From Oribacterium sp. UBA5894 (lineage in GTDB: Bacteria; Bacillota; Clostridia; Lachnospirales; Lachnospiraceae): 64,000 bases of DNA. Location of the stretch: NCBI GenBank assembly GCA_002431355.1, contig DJEQ01000041.1:35258-99257 (forward strand). Reading direction: 5' to 3'. Below are positions 1 to 9,094 of this stretch, in pieces (within the stretch, counting starts at the first letter, position 1; each line of letters starts with the position of its first letter). The notes below the pieces were generated by a model. It was not told the origin of the DNA and ran no database searches. It worked only from the letters and a program-made list of their open reading frames with translations. The position numbers were made by a program, and so were the translations under genes.

Positions 1-159
1 GGAATCGAAGGTTGCTCCGCCCCAGCACTCTACGGCGTTGTAACCGATCTGATCCATCGTGTCCAGAATCGGCTCCATTTCGGAGCTCGGCATACGAGTT
101 GCAATTAATGACTGATGTGCATCACGCAACACAGTCTCAGTGATTTTTACTTTAGCCAT
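1..159 (-). CDS. oadA: Oxaloacetate decarboxylase alpha / pyruvate carboxyltransferase subunit (5' part only; runs off the window)
   Basis: Manual translation from ATG at 159: MAKVKITETVLRDAHQSLIATRM...VECWGGATFDS, with the LRDAHQS and EC/MWGGATFD signatures. GGAG RBS upstream. Confidence 0.9.
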   Translation of the reverse strand, partial: MAKVKITETVLRDAHQSLIATRMPSSEMEPILDTMDQIGYNAVECWGGATFDS

Positions 160-173
160 TTTATCTCCTATCC

Positions 174-1322
174 TTACTTAACGCCATATACAGCCATGAA
201 AGTACCGGCTGCTACGGCAGTACCGATAACACCTGCAACGTTCGGACCCATGGCCTGCATCAGCAGGAAATTGGTTGGATCCGCTTCGGCAGCAACCTTC
301 TGAGATACACGTGCTGCCATCGGAACGGCAGATACACCCGCAGAGCCAATCAGAGGGTTGATCTTATGACCAGACAGAACGTACATTACCTTACCAAGAA
401 CAACACCGGCAGCGGTACCGAAAGCGAAGGCCACGAGACCCAGTGCCACGATTTTCAGTGTGTCCATGTTCAGGAAGGCTTCTGCGGAGGTAGCGCCACC
501 AACAGAAGTACCCAGCATGATGACAACGATATACATCATTGCATTAGATGCAGTCTCTGTGAGCTGCTTTACTACGCCAGACTCCTTGAACAGGTTTCCG
601 AGCATCAGCATACCAACGAGTGGTGCCGTGGTTGGAAGGAGGATACATACGATGGTTGTAACGATGATTGGGAAGAGAATACGCTCAAGCTTCGATACTG
701 GACGAAGCTGTGGCATACGGGTCTTTCGCTCTTCCTCTGTGGTCAGTGCCTTCATGATTGGCGGCTGAATGATCGGAACGAGGGACATATAGGAATATGC
801 CGCCACGGCGATCGGGCCCAGCAGAGACGTCTGACCGAGCTTATTGCACAGGAAAATGGAGGTCGGGCCGTCTGCACCGCCGATGATGGAGATGGCAGCG
901 GCTGCCGCACCATTGAATCCCATGAAAATAGCAAGGAAGTAGGCAGAGTAGATACCAAACTGTGCTGCAGCACCGAGCAGGAAGGTGATCGGGTTTGCAA
1001 TCAGCGGGGAGAAATCCGTCTGCGCACCAACACCCATAAAGATGAGAGACGGAAGAATCGTCCATTCATCGAGATGGAAGAAATACCAAAGCAGTCCGCC
1101 TGTTCCACTGATGGAATCCTCCGGGCTCAGCATGATGTCCGGATAGATATTTACGAGCAGCATACCGAAGGCGATTGGAACCAGAAGAAGTGGCTCAAAT
1201 CCCTTGGCGATGGCAAGATACAGGAAAACGAAGGCGACGAAGATCATCAGAATGTTTCCCCATGTCATGCTTACAAATGCTGTCTGCTGGAGCAGGTTTG
1301 ATAAGGTTTCGAATATATTCAT
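174..1322 (-). CDS. oadB: Na+-translocating decarboxylase beta subunit
   Basis: Hydrophobic 382 aa with FEPLLLVPI, IIGGADGPT, SAGVSAVPMAARV and MGPNVAGVIG motifs. Confidence 0.95.
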   Translation of the reverse strand: MNIFETLSNLLQQTAFVSMTWGNILMIFVAFVFLYLAIAKGFEPLLLVPIAFGMLLVNIYPDIMLSPEDSISGTGGLLWYFFHLDEWTILPSLIFMGVGAQTDFSPLIANPITFLLGAAAQFGIYSAYFLAIFMGFNGAAAAAISIIGGADGPTSIFLCNKLGQTSLLGPIAVAAYSYMSLVPIIQPPIMKALTTEEERKTRMPQLRPVSKLERILFPIIVTTIVCILLPTTAPLVGMLMLGNLFKESGVVKQLTETASNAMMYIVVIMLGTSVGGATSAEAFLNMDTLKIVALGLVAFAFGTAAGVVLGKVMYVLSGHKINPLIGSAGVSAVPMAARVSQKVAAEADPTNFLLMQAMGPNVAGVIGTAVAAGTFMAVYGVK

Positions 1323-1380
1323 ATGTTTTTATAACCTCCAGTACAGCAAAATCAAATCAACACTTAAGACAAATACTGAA

Positions 1381-1740
1381 TTAGTTCAGAGTTGCAAGTG
1401 TTGCACCTGACTCTACTGAATCGCCAACAGAAACGTTGATGGAAGCTACGGTGCCATCCTGAGGAGCGACGATATCATTCTCCATCTTCATGGCTTCAAG
1501 TACAAGGATCACATCACCGCTCTTTACGGCATCACCAACGCTCTTCTTCACAGCAAGAATCTTGCCTGGCATAGGGGACTCAACCTTTACGGAGCCCTGA
1601 GCGCCTGCAGGAGCAGCGGCTGGAGCTGGAGCAGCTGATGCAGCGGCTACGGCAGCCTTCGGAGCAGAAGAAACGCTTCCACCCTCTTCTACGGTTACGT
1701 CATAAGCGACGCCATTTACGGTAATTGTATACTTCTTCAT
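1381..1740 (-). CDS. Biotin carboxyl carrier protein (MmdC/GcdC-like)
   Basis: MKKYTITVNG N-terminus, Ala/Pro linker and EAMKM biotinylation motif. Confidence 0.95.
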   Translation of the reverse strand: MKKYTITVNGVAYDVTVEEGGSVSSAPKAAVAAASAAPAPAAAPAGAQGSVKVESPMPGKILAVKKSVGDAVKSGDVILVLEAMKMENDIVAPQDGTVASINVSVGDSVESGATLATLN

Positions 1741-1777
1741 TTTTCTACCTCACATTGATAAAGGGCCATCGCCCATC

Positions 1778-2899
1778 TTAGTTTAAAGTTGCCAGTGTTG
1801 CGCCGGATTCTACAGCGTCACCGACGGAAACATTGATCGAAGCAATCGTGCCATCCTGAGGTGCCACAATTTCATTTTCCATCTTCATGGCCTCAAGAAT
1901 AAGGATCACGTCACCACTCTTTACGGCATCACCTGCACTCTTCTTCACAGCAAGGATCTTACCTGGCATAGGGGATTCTACTTTTACAGCTCCCTGTGTG
2001 CCAGCGGAAGCAGCGGCTGAAGTGGCTGCAGGTGCAACCGGTGCTGCAGGTACTGCAGATGTTACAACAGGTGCAGCGGATGCAGTTTCTACAGGTGCAG
2101 AGCTAACACTGCGGCCACGGAGCGGACGTACGAAGAGACCGTTCTGGAGCGTTGGTCCTGGAACGAAGCCGTTCTCTGAGGCTGTACCTTCGGTGTCTGC
2201 TTCATAAGCTGCAATCGCTGCAGCAATCACCGCCTGCATCACATCATCCTGCTTCGCAGCCGGTGTGGCAGGAGCAGCTGCCTTCGGAGCCTCCGTCTTC
2301 TTTGGTGCTTCCGCAGGTGCCTTCTGCTTCTTCATCTTATTTTCGAATACACTGATGTACTTGAACAGAGAGATTACCCAGGCGATAAAGATCAGTACAG
2401 CAAATACGGTACCCATACCAACAAGAAGGTTTGCACCTGCATCCTCCATCTGCTCTGCAAGGGAGTAATGCGGCTCAAAGGTCATCTCTGTTGTCTTTCC
2501 TGTTGTCTCATTGAGACCCAGGGTAAGCTTCAGGGTTCTCTTCTCAAAAGTTGAATCAATTACGATGGAATAGCCATCCTCTGTCTTGGATGCCACTGCA
2601 TCATCTACACTTACGAAATCACCGAGACGTTCCTTATCATTAAGATAATTGGTCAGTCCATTATAGGTGATTTCATCCTTGGTCTTGTATGCAGACTGGA
2701 TCTGAGATGCAATCTCCTCATCACTCAGAGCATAGATGCTCTGCTCTGCATACTGCTTGGCCTGCTCTTCCAGGGCGGTCTTGACGGATGGATCAATCGT
2801 TTCTACCGTATCCTTCTGAGAGCTTCCGCAAGCTGCAAGTGTAAGAATGGAAAGTGCAAGAGCAAAACAGAGAGCAGCCTTTCTAAACCACTGTTTCAT
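1778..2899 (-). CDS. Lipoprotein-anchored OadG/MmdD-family subunit fused to a C-terminal biotin carrier domain
   Basis: Start ATG at 2899 after a GAGGAG RBS. LAAC lipobox, GMGTVFAVL TM helix and AVIAAAIAAY motif of OadG, then an Ala/Pro linker and an EAMKM biotinyl domain. Confidence 0.85.
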   Translation of the reverse strand: MKQWFRKAALCFALALSILTLAACGSSQKDTVETIDPSVKTALEEQAKQYAEQSIYALSDEEIASQIQSAYKTKDEITYNGLTNYLNDKERLGDFVSVDDAVASKTEDGYSIVIDSTFEKRTLKLTLGLNETTGKTTEMTFEPHYSLAEQMEDAGANLLVGMGTVFAVLIFIAWVISLFKYISVFENKMKKQKAPAEAPKKTEAPKAAAPATPAAKQDDVMQAVIAAAIAAYEADTEGTASENGFVPGPTLQNGLFVRPLRGRSVSSAPVETASAAPVVTSAVPAAPVAPAATSAAASAGTQGAVKVESPMPGKILAVKKSAGDAVKSGDVILILEAMKMENEIVAPQDGTIASINVSVGDAVESGATLATLN

Positions 2900-2913
2900 T
2901 CTGTCTCCTCTCA

Positions 2914-4269
2914 TTAAACGGTGCCGTTCTTCTTATCTGGTCTATATACGCTCTTATAGCCAAGCATCTGAAGTGCTGCAGCGATTCTCTGTCTGGTCTC
3001 TTCCGGAGCGATGATCTCATCAACATAGCCACGCTTTGCAGCAGCAAGTGCAGTATTCTCAGAAGCAAACTTCTTCTCAGCATCTGCATCACCGTTTGCA
3101 ACGACCTTTGCAGCCTGCGCAGCATCCATGACACCGATCTTTGAGTTCTGGAATGCATATACGACATCAGCGCCGAGTGCCTTTGCACCGAAGCTGAGAC
3201 CGGCAGTGCCCAGTGCATTCTTTACAACCGTAATCATCGGAACATCCGCGTTTGCATAGGCGTATGCAAGCTTGGCCGCAGCGGTCGGCATGTGACTCTC
3301 TGTGCACTCTGTATTCTTATAGGATGTAACATCAACAAGCGTCACAACAGGAAGATCAAATGCATTGGCAAAGCTTACAAGCTTCGCTGCCTTCTCTGCA
3401 CCCTTCCAGGTAAGAGAAGCTTCCTTATTTGCAACGATGGCAACCGTCTCACCGCCAATCTGAGCGAAGCCTGTGACTACATCACGGGAATATCCCTTCT
3501 TGGATTCGATAAACACGCCATTGTCCGAAAGCTGCTTTACAGCTTCATCCGCAGAAAGACTGTCAAATCCAGTTACGGCACGGTTCAGATCATCGGTACA
3601 CTCATCCAGTACGCCGCCATCCTCACAATTGCCAGGAAGAACAGAAACAAGCTTACGAATCTGGGCATATACTTCATCTTCTGTGCCATCGAAATCAACG
3701 AGGCCGTACTCTTCACGCTTTGCAGCCTTCGCAATTTCATCATTCTTGTTTCCCTGTACAGCATCCGGAGCATTGACATAAGCCTTTGCACCTTCTGCCA
3801 TAAGAACATAGTCTGAAAGACCAGCGAGAACGGTAAGTCCACCACCACAGTTTCCAAAGATGGCTGTAATCTGCGGTACCTGACCACTTGCAAGGGTCTG
3901 CTTCTTATAAATGCGTCCGAGACCGAAAAGTGCATCATTTGCCTCTTCCAGTCTTACGCCTGAGCAATCAAGCAGTGCAATGACTGGTGCCTGATTCTTC
4001 ATCGCCATTGAATAGATGTTTGCAATCTTTCTTGCATGCATCTCACCGATGGAACCGCCGAGAACGCCTGCATCCTGTGCATAAACATACACAAGATTTC
4101 CGTCAATGGTTCCATAACCGGTAACAACACCGTCGGATGGTGCTTTCTTTTCAGCGAGGTTAAAGTCTGTTGATCTTGCTTCTACAAGACGGCCAACTTC
4201 AACAAAGCTGAATTCATCGAGCAGTGACTGAATTCTCGTCAGAGCGGATGATGTTGACTGATTATCCAT
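2914..4269 (-). CDS. Acyl-CoA carboxyltransferase-family subunit (MmdA/PccB-like, divergent)
   Basis: PSDGVVTGYGTIDG, QDAGVLGGSIG and VDEIIAPEETR motifs; several catalytic-region motifs are altered. Confidence 0.85.
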   Translation of the reverse strand: MDNQSTSSALTRIQSLLDEFSFVEVGRLVEARSTDFNLAEKKAPSDGVVTGYGTIDGNLVYVYAQDAGVLGGSIGEMHARKIANIYSMAMKNQAPVIALLDCSGVRLEEANDALFGLGRIYKKQTLASGQVPQITAIFGNCGGGLTVLAGLSDYVLMAEGAKAYVNAPDAVQGNKNDEIAKAAKREEYGLVDFDGTEDEVYAQIRKLVSVLPGNCEDGGVLDECTDDLNRAVTGFDSLSADEAVKQLSDNGVFIESKKGYSRDVVTGFAQIGGETVAIVANKEASLTWKGAEKAAKLVSFANAFDLPVVTLVDVTSYKNTECTESHMPTAAAKLAYAYANADVPMITVVKNALGTAGLSFGAKALGADVVYAFQNSKIGVMDAAQAAKVVANGDADAEKKFASENTALAAAKRGYVDEIIAPEETRQRIAAALQMLGYKSVYRPDKKNGTV

Positions 4270-4330
4270 TTTTTATCCTCCATTTCATATCTAAACAAGG
4301 GGAAAAAATCCCCGGTTTATGACGAGTAAT

Positions 4331-4359
4331 ATTGTAAACGAACGACTCTTATAATTCAA
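4331..4359 (-). promoter_or_regulatory. Sigma-A-type promoter of the decarboxylase operon
   Basis: TTGAAT-17 bp-TACAAT on the minus strand. Confidence 0.6.
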
Positions 4360-4518
4360 CTGAAAAAGCGCTCGTTTTTTGCACTTTGTTAAGACATTGA
4401 CAGCAATAGGGCTTGTGCCATAAGTCAGTTCTTATAGTATATATAGTATTCCACTATAGAAAATCGTCCATAATACCGAAGAGCAGAGAAATGCTGTTCC
4501 AGCAGCAGGAGACGAATT

Positions 4519-5901
4519 TCACATAAAGCGCAGTCCTTTTGGAAAATGATTTTTAATCTGGCCATTCACAAGTTTTCCAAGGCCCAGGGATGCACCATCT
4601 ACAGAAACAATGCACCACCCTTTTCCGTTGACACCCTCTGGTGCCGGAATCTGCATTCCGTGAAGATACTGATCGATGCGCGGGTCGGTCGCACTGTAAT
4701 GACACTCCGTAAGTGAAAACTGCTGCTGATCTTCCGCTTGAAAGGCGGAATACACATGACTGAGCGCATGTGCAGGCTCCAGTCGATTCTTCAGCATGCT
4801 TTCCATCTGTATGCCGGCACGCAGACAGCGCAGCCCGCGGAGATCTGGAAAATGTTTCGGGATGAGATACAGCTGGTCCTTTACCTGCTTTTCAAGGTAA
4901 TCTGAACGCCGGAGCGGCACATCCGGTCCCGACAGCGTTTCACCATAGATCGATGCCAGGGATGCGAGCGGATCCTCACCCTTCTTCTGAAAAACAGCCA
5001 TATACTGTCCTTCTCCAGGCTCACGCTGTGGCCATACGCGTTTCTCATAAACGAGCTCGAGCTCAGGATATTCCTCAAGGAGCAGATCCCGGATGTCTTC
5101 ATTCTCTTCTTTTTCAAAGGTGCAGGTACTGTAGCCAAGTATCCCTCCCGGTGCCAGCATCCGAACCGCATTGGCCGTGATTTCACGCTGACGTTCTGCA
5201 CAGAGTCGAACATTGGCCTCGGACCACTCGGCGATGGCATGCTCATCCTTTCGAAACATTCCTTCACCGGAGCATGGCGCATCCACGAGAACACGCGTGA
5301 AAAAGCCAGGAAAATGATCGGCCAGCTTCGCAGTATCTTCATTTAGTACAGCAGCATTTGGTATACCCATGCGCTCCATGTTGGAGCTCAGGGTACGTGC
5401 TCGTAAAGCAACATATTCGTTCGCGATCAGAAATCCACCTGCTGCACTCGAGAGCAGATCCAGCGCCTGTGTGGATTTGCCGCCAGGACTCGCACAGAGA
5501 TCCACCACACGATCAAATGGACGAATCTGCATGTGATGGACCACCTGCATGGCTTCCGGCCCCTGGATATAGTATAATCCAGCCTCGTGATATGGATGCT
5601 TCCCAGGGCGGATACCGATGGTCTGCAGGAAGGCGTCATCCAGATAGAAGGAGGTGTACATCGTTTCCCCATGATAAGAGATGAACGGGCTGTCCGGCAG
5701 TGGCTTTAAATGCCAGTCCGTCACCAGCTTCCGATAGGTGATGACATCGCTGCTGCCCCGCTCTTCCAGTTCCATCAGCTTATGAAGATTCAGCCGAATT
5801 CCCTTCACCGGCGCGTGTGCATAGCTGTCGATCAAGGCACGATACTCTTCGTCTGAAAGGAGATTTTTCATACGAGTGCAAAACTCAAGTGGTAACTGCA
5901 T
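4519..5901 (-). CDS. rsmF: RsmF/NOL1-family rRNA m5C methyltransferase
   Basis: DLCASPGGKS, DAPCSGEG and YSTCT motifs; C-terminal KNHFPKGLR. Confidence 0.9.
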   Translation of the reverse strand: MQLPLEFCTRMKNLLSDEEYRALIDSYAHAPVKGIRLNLHKLMELEERGSSDVITYRKLVTDWHLKPLPDSPFISYHGETMYTSFYLDDAFLQTIGIRPGKHPYHEAGLYYIQGPEAMQVVHHMQIRPFDRVVDLCASPGGKSTQALDLLSSAAGGFLIANEYVALRARTLSSNMERMGIPNAAVLNEDTAKLADHFPGFFTRVLVDAPCSGEGMFRKDEHAIAEWSEANVRLCAERQREITANAVRMLAPGGILGYSTCTFEKEENEDIRDLLLEEYPELELVYEKRVWPQREPGEGQYMAVFQKKGEDPLASLASIYGETLSGPDVPLRRSDYLEKQVKDQLYLIPKHFPDLRGLRCLRAGIQMESMLKNRLEPAHALSHVYSAFQAEDQQQFSLTECHYSATDPRIDQYLHGMQIPAPEGVNGKGWCIVSVDGASLGLGKLVNGQIKNHFPKGLRFM

Positions 5902-5970
5902 CAGATTTAACCTCGTTATTTCGATTTATAGACTGAGCGTATTTTATCAAAAAGCCGAAGGACTGTATAG

Positions 5971-6006
5971 AAAAAGAACGGTTCACCCTGCGATGAACCG
6001 TTCTTC
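5971..6006 (-). terminator. Intrinsic terminator after the 6019-6459 gene
   Basis: AGAACGGTTCA/TGAACCGTTCT stem followed by a T-run on the minus strand. Confidence 0.75.
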
Positions 6007-6018
6007 TCGATTTGTCAA

Positions 6019-6459
6019 TCAGAGGTTAATTCTGTACTCTGGCTTTCCTTCCCCATCTACGGTAAAGTATGCTGCCTTATCGTTGACATTTACATATACC
6101 TTTACGTCCTGGACGTCCTTCTTGATTCCTTCTGCAGCCTTTACTGCATCTGCAAGAATCTTTTCCGGATCATAATCCTGACCATCAATCTGTAATGTAA
6201 GTGCGGATTTCACTGCTACCTTCTTTTCAACCGGCTTCTTTTCTGCTGTCTTCTTCTCTACTGTCTTCTTCACTGGAGCTGATTTCTTCTCTGGAGCTGT
6301 TGCCTGCTTTACTGCCTTCTCCTTTAAGCTTTCCTTCACTGGAGCAGCCTTCTTCTCAACGGCTTTTGCAGTCTCTGCTACAGCCTTCTTGATCTCTGCG
6401 AAAGACTCTTTGAGAGCTGCATCCTTCTTTACTTCTGTAGCCTTGCTTTTCTTCTCCAT
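6019..6459 (-). CDS. Lys/Ala-rich small protein with a DUF6465-like C-terminal domain
   Basis: Repetitive EKK/VKK low-complexity N-terminus. C-terminal VKVYVNVNDKAAYFTVDG domain. Strong RBS. Confidence 0.8.
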   Translation of the reverse strand: MEKKSKATEVKKDAALKESFAEIKKAVAETAKAVEKKAAPVKESLKEKAVKQATAPEKKSAPVKKTVEKKTAEKKPVEKKVAVKSALTLQIDGQDYDPEKILADAVKAAEGIKKDVQDVKVYVNVNDKAAYFTVDGEGKPEYRINL

Positions 6460-6507
6460 TTAACATTCTCCTTCTAAATTCATTAAATAAATATTTAATT
6501 TCTATGA

Positions 6508-6536
6508 ATTATATTTCGTACAATTTCATTTGTCAA
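6508..6536 (-). promoter_or_regulatory. Perfect-consensus sigma-A promoter
   Basis: TTGACA-17 bp-TATAAT. Confidence 0.8.
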
Positions 6537-6626
6537 TGTCTTCACATGGATGAAGCGTCGTCCAGGTATGGTTTTTGCAGAAATCTTATATCTTTTCAGC
6601 TCCTGCACGCATTTCTTTAGATATCT

Positions 6627-7751
6627 TTATAAGAAAGAAATCAGTATCCGATAGAGTTCCTGTATCGACTGGATCATCTTGCGGAAAGCTCCATAGCGAT
6701 AGAAGCACATGACAAGCATACCGACAGGTACAGCAAATATTAGACCCGCAAATCCGTAGAAACGATAGCCCAGGTACATAAACAGGATGGTAAGGAAGGG
6801 CGACAGCCCCATGGTCTCACCCATGATTTTCGGCTGCATGAACTGGCGCACGATCTGTGTGAGGGCATAAATCACCGCAAGCCACATGGCCTGCCACGGA
6901 TTTCCGCTCAGGAGATCTACAAGAATCCATGGCCACAGAATAAAGCCGACGCCCAGCATCGGAAGGAAGTCCAGAAAAGCGGTCAATGCAGCAATCGGTA
7001 GTGCATAGCGGATGTGCAACAGCAGAAAACCGATGCAGAGTACGGAAAAAACAACAAACATGATCTTGAACTGTGCAAGCAACCAGCCCTGAAAAATCTT
7101 CTGAATATCCGCTTTTAAAAGATGAATATAATGCAAAAACTCTTTTGGAATCCAGCTCTTTACGGTGTCAACATAGCGCTCTCCATCTTTACAGAAGCAG
7201 TATGACGAAAAGATCGTAACCACAGCATATACCAGAAGATTCGGGATGCTTCGTACGGCACTGATGGAGACATTGGCAAGCGGTGCAGAAAATTTAGTGG
7301 CAAAGGAAAGCAGCGTATCCTCCAGACTGCTGTTCAGCTGATCGAGGTTCATGAGCGCTGTACCCTCTCCCGCTTTTCCAGGCAGTCGCTGAAGCAGATC
7401 CGGATGGGCTTCAATGAGGCCATGAAGACAGGTCGTGAAGCTATGAATCATATCCGGAAGCCCCTTGATCACATCGGCGCAGACATGGATCATGAGATGA
7501 ATACAGAGATACAGCAGACCGCCGATCAGTATGAGAAGAAGAATAATGATGAAAACGGAGGCATGCTGGCGCTCCAGAAGCCTGGTTCTGGTATTGAGGA
7601 AACGGATCAGTGGATTCGCAATGAATGCAATGAGGGCACCAATCACAAAGGGGATGAAGAAAAGAAACATCCGCGGAACGAGAAGTATGGTGAGGACCAG
7701 GGCCAGAATCGGTACCACAATGTTTAAAATCAGCTGTATAATGCGCTTCAT
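6627..7751 (-). CDS. ytvI: YtvI / AI-2E family integral membrane protein
   Basis: PFVIGALIAFIANP, DFLPMLGVG and RQFMQPKIMGETMGLSP motifs. Confidence 0.85.
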   Translation of the reverse strand: MKRIIQLILNIVVPILALVLTILLVPRMFLFFIPFVIGALIAFIANPLIRFLNTRTRLLERQHASVFIIILLLILIGGLLYLCIHLMIHVCADVIKGLPDMIHSFTTCLHGLIEAHPDLLQRLPGKAGEGTALMNLDQLNSSLEDTLLSFATKFSAPLANVSISAVRSIPNLLVYAVVTIFSSYCFCKDGERYVDTVKSWIPKEFLHYIHLLKADIQKIFQGWLLAQFKIMFVVFSVLCIGFLLLHIRYALPIAALTAFLDFLPMLGVGFILWPWILVDLLSGNPWQAMWLAVIYALTQIVRQFMQPKIMGETMGLSPFLTILFMYLGYRFYGFAGLIFAVPVGMLVMCFYRYGAFRKMIQSIQELYRILISFL

Positions 7752-9094
7752 TTTTTACACTCCTTTTTTCTGTAAAACGCATAGGCAAGATACAGGATAA
7801 AACTTACGCCAAGGTAGAACCAGGTAGCCGGGTTACTGAACCAGGTCGTAAAAAAGGAAACGGTAAAGTAAAAGGCCAGCTGGGCATAGAGAAGCTTTGC
7901 AAACGGGTTCTGTTCTTTCTGATGTGCCCACGATACACAGCCTACCACCAGGCCTAATACGAATGCAAAAAGTACAATGCCAAAAAGGCCAAAATCATAC
8001 CACGCATCATACAGCATGGTTACCGTCGTAAGCTCCGCCTTCGTCACATACAGTGGGAAGCCGGTGGCAAGCGCAGGAATGAAGAATTTGAGTCCAGTCA
8101 GGGTCACAAAGGGATAGAGCATGCGAAGTCCATGGGCATGGGTTTCCAGCTGCTGTGTCATTACATTGAAATTATCGTAATTATTTGCAATGTACATGTA
8201 GGGCTGTGTAATGAAAATCGGTGTCGTCGGATTTTTCATTTCGAAGATACTGTTCAGGTATTCGACAGAATGGGCACGCTCGATCGTAATGAATACATAC
8301 GCAGAAATCATGAGGATAAGGAGAACGAGAAGCTGCCACCATGTATACTGCCGTCCAGACAGAATCGTCACAAATATCGCCAGAATGACTGCAAAGAGGA
8401 ACTGAAAGCGCGATACCATGAACACAGTAAGAAGTAAAGGAAGAAGAATCCCTAGAATGGACAGCAGATCCGGTGCTTTCGCATGGCGACGGCGCTCTTC
8501 GATATAAAGCATGGAAATCGATGGGATCAGCACCGCCAGTGTCGTCACATAATGGACGCCCTTTACATGAAAGCAGCTGTAGGCATGTGGCATATCATGG
8601 GTAAACAGGGGTACAAATCCGAGCTTCCAGGCTTCGAAGAAAAAAGCGCCCCAGCTAAGAAGAAGCAGTATGGAGAGGCTCCATTTAAAAAAAGTATCTG
8701 CCTGTGCAGATGGAGCTCTGCAGATCTCAGACTTCTTCTGCGATGGGCTCTTATGCATGTCCTCGACCCATTCAGCCGTCAAATCAAAGATGAGGTAAAA
8801 GAGATAGAAGGAAAGCCACGTTTCCAGTGTCCAATCTGTGCTCAGCCGACTAAGCTGAAAGCGTGCAATCCCCTCGCCACCCAGAAGGCCCAGGGCAAGC
8901 AGTCCACGTAAATTGAGGGCTTCACTGGAGCGCCTGTATTCCATATGATATAAAAAGGCAGCAGCGCCAATCAGAGCAAGCCCGGACAGGGCGGGAGATC
9001 CCGCCTCTCCAAGCAGAAAGCTCATGATATACACTGCTGTATAGATTCCAAGTCTACGTACGTTGGTTTTCATACTGATGCTGCTGTTCTCCAT
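7748..9094 (-). CDS. Wzy-like oligosaccharide repeat-unit polymerase
   Basis: About 12 hydrophobic segments and a late YDAWYDFGLFG motif typical of O-antigen polymerase families. Confidence 0.7.
   Translation of the reverse strand: MENSSISMKTNVRRLGIYTAVYIMSFLLGEAGSPALSGLALIGAAAFLYHMEYRRSSEALNLRGLLALGLLGGEGIARFQLSRLSTDWTLETWLSFYLFYLIFDLTAEWVEDMHKSPSQKKSEICRAPSAQADTFFKWSLSILLLLSWGAFFFEAWKLGFVPLFTHDMPHAYSCFHVKGVHYVTTLAVLIPSISMLYIEERRRHAKAPDLLSILGILLPLLLTVFMVSRFQFLFAVILAIFVTILSGRQYTWWQLLVLLILMISAYVFITIERAHSVEYLNSIFEMKNPTTPIFITQPYMYIANNYDNFNVMTQQLETHAHGLRMLYPFVTLTGLKFFIPALATGFPLYVTKAELTTVTMLYDAWYDFGLFGIVLFAFVLGLVVGCVSWAHQKEQNPFAKLLYAQLAFYFTVSFFTTWFSNPATWFYLGVSFILYLAYAFYRKKECKK

Noticed and set aside
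366..1301. 311 aa plus-strand ORF and similar antisense ORFs (22048-22995, 27555-28376, 42711-43532, 45179-45985)
   Set aside because: All mirror well-supported minus-strand housekeeping genes.
4430..4460. ATAGTATATATAGTAT resembling an NrdR box
   Set aside because: Three mismatches, single copy, low complexity, and no nucleotide-reduction gene nearby.
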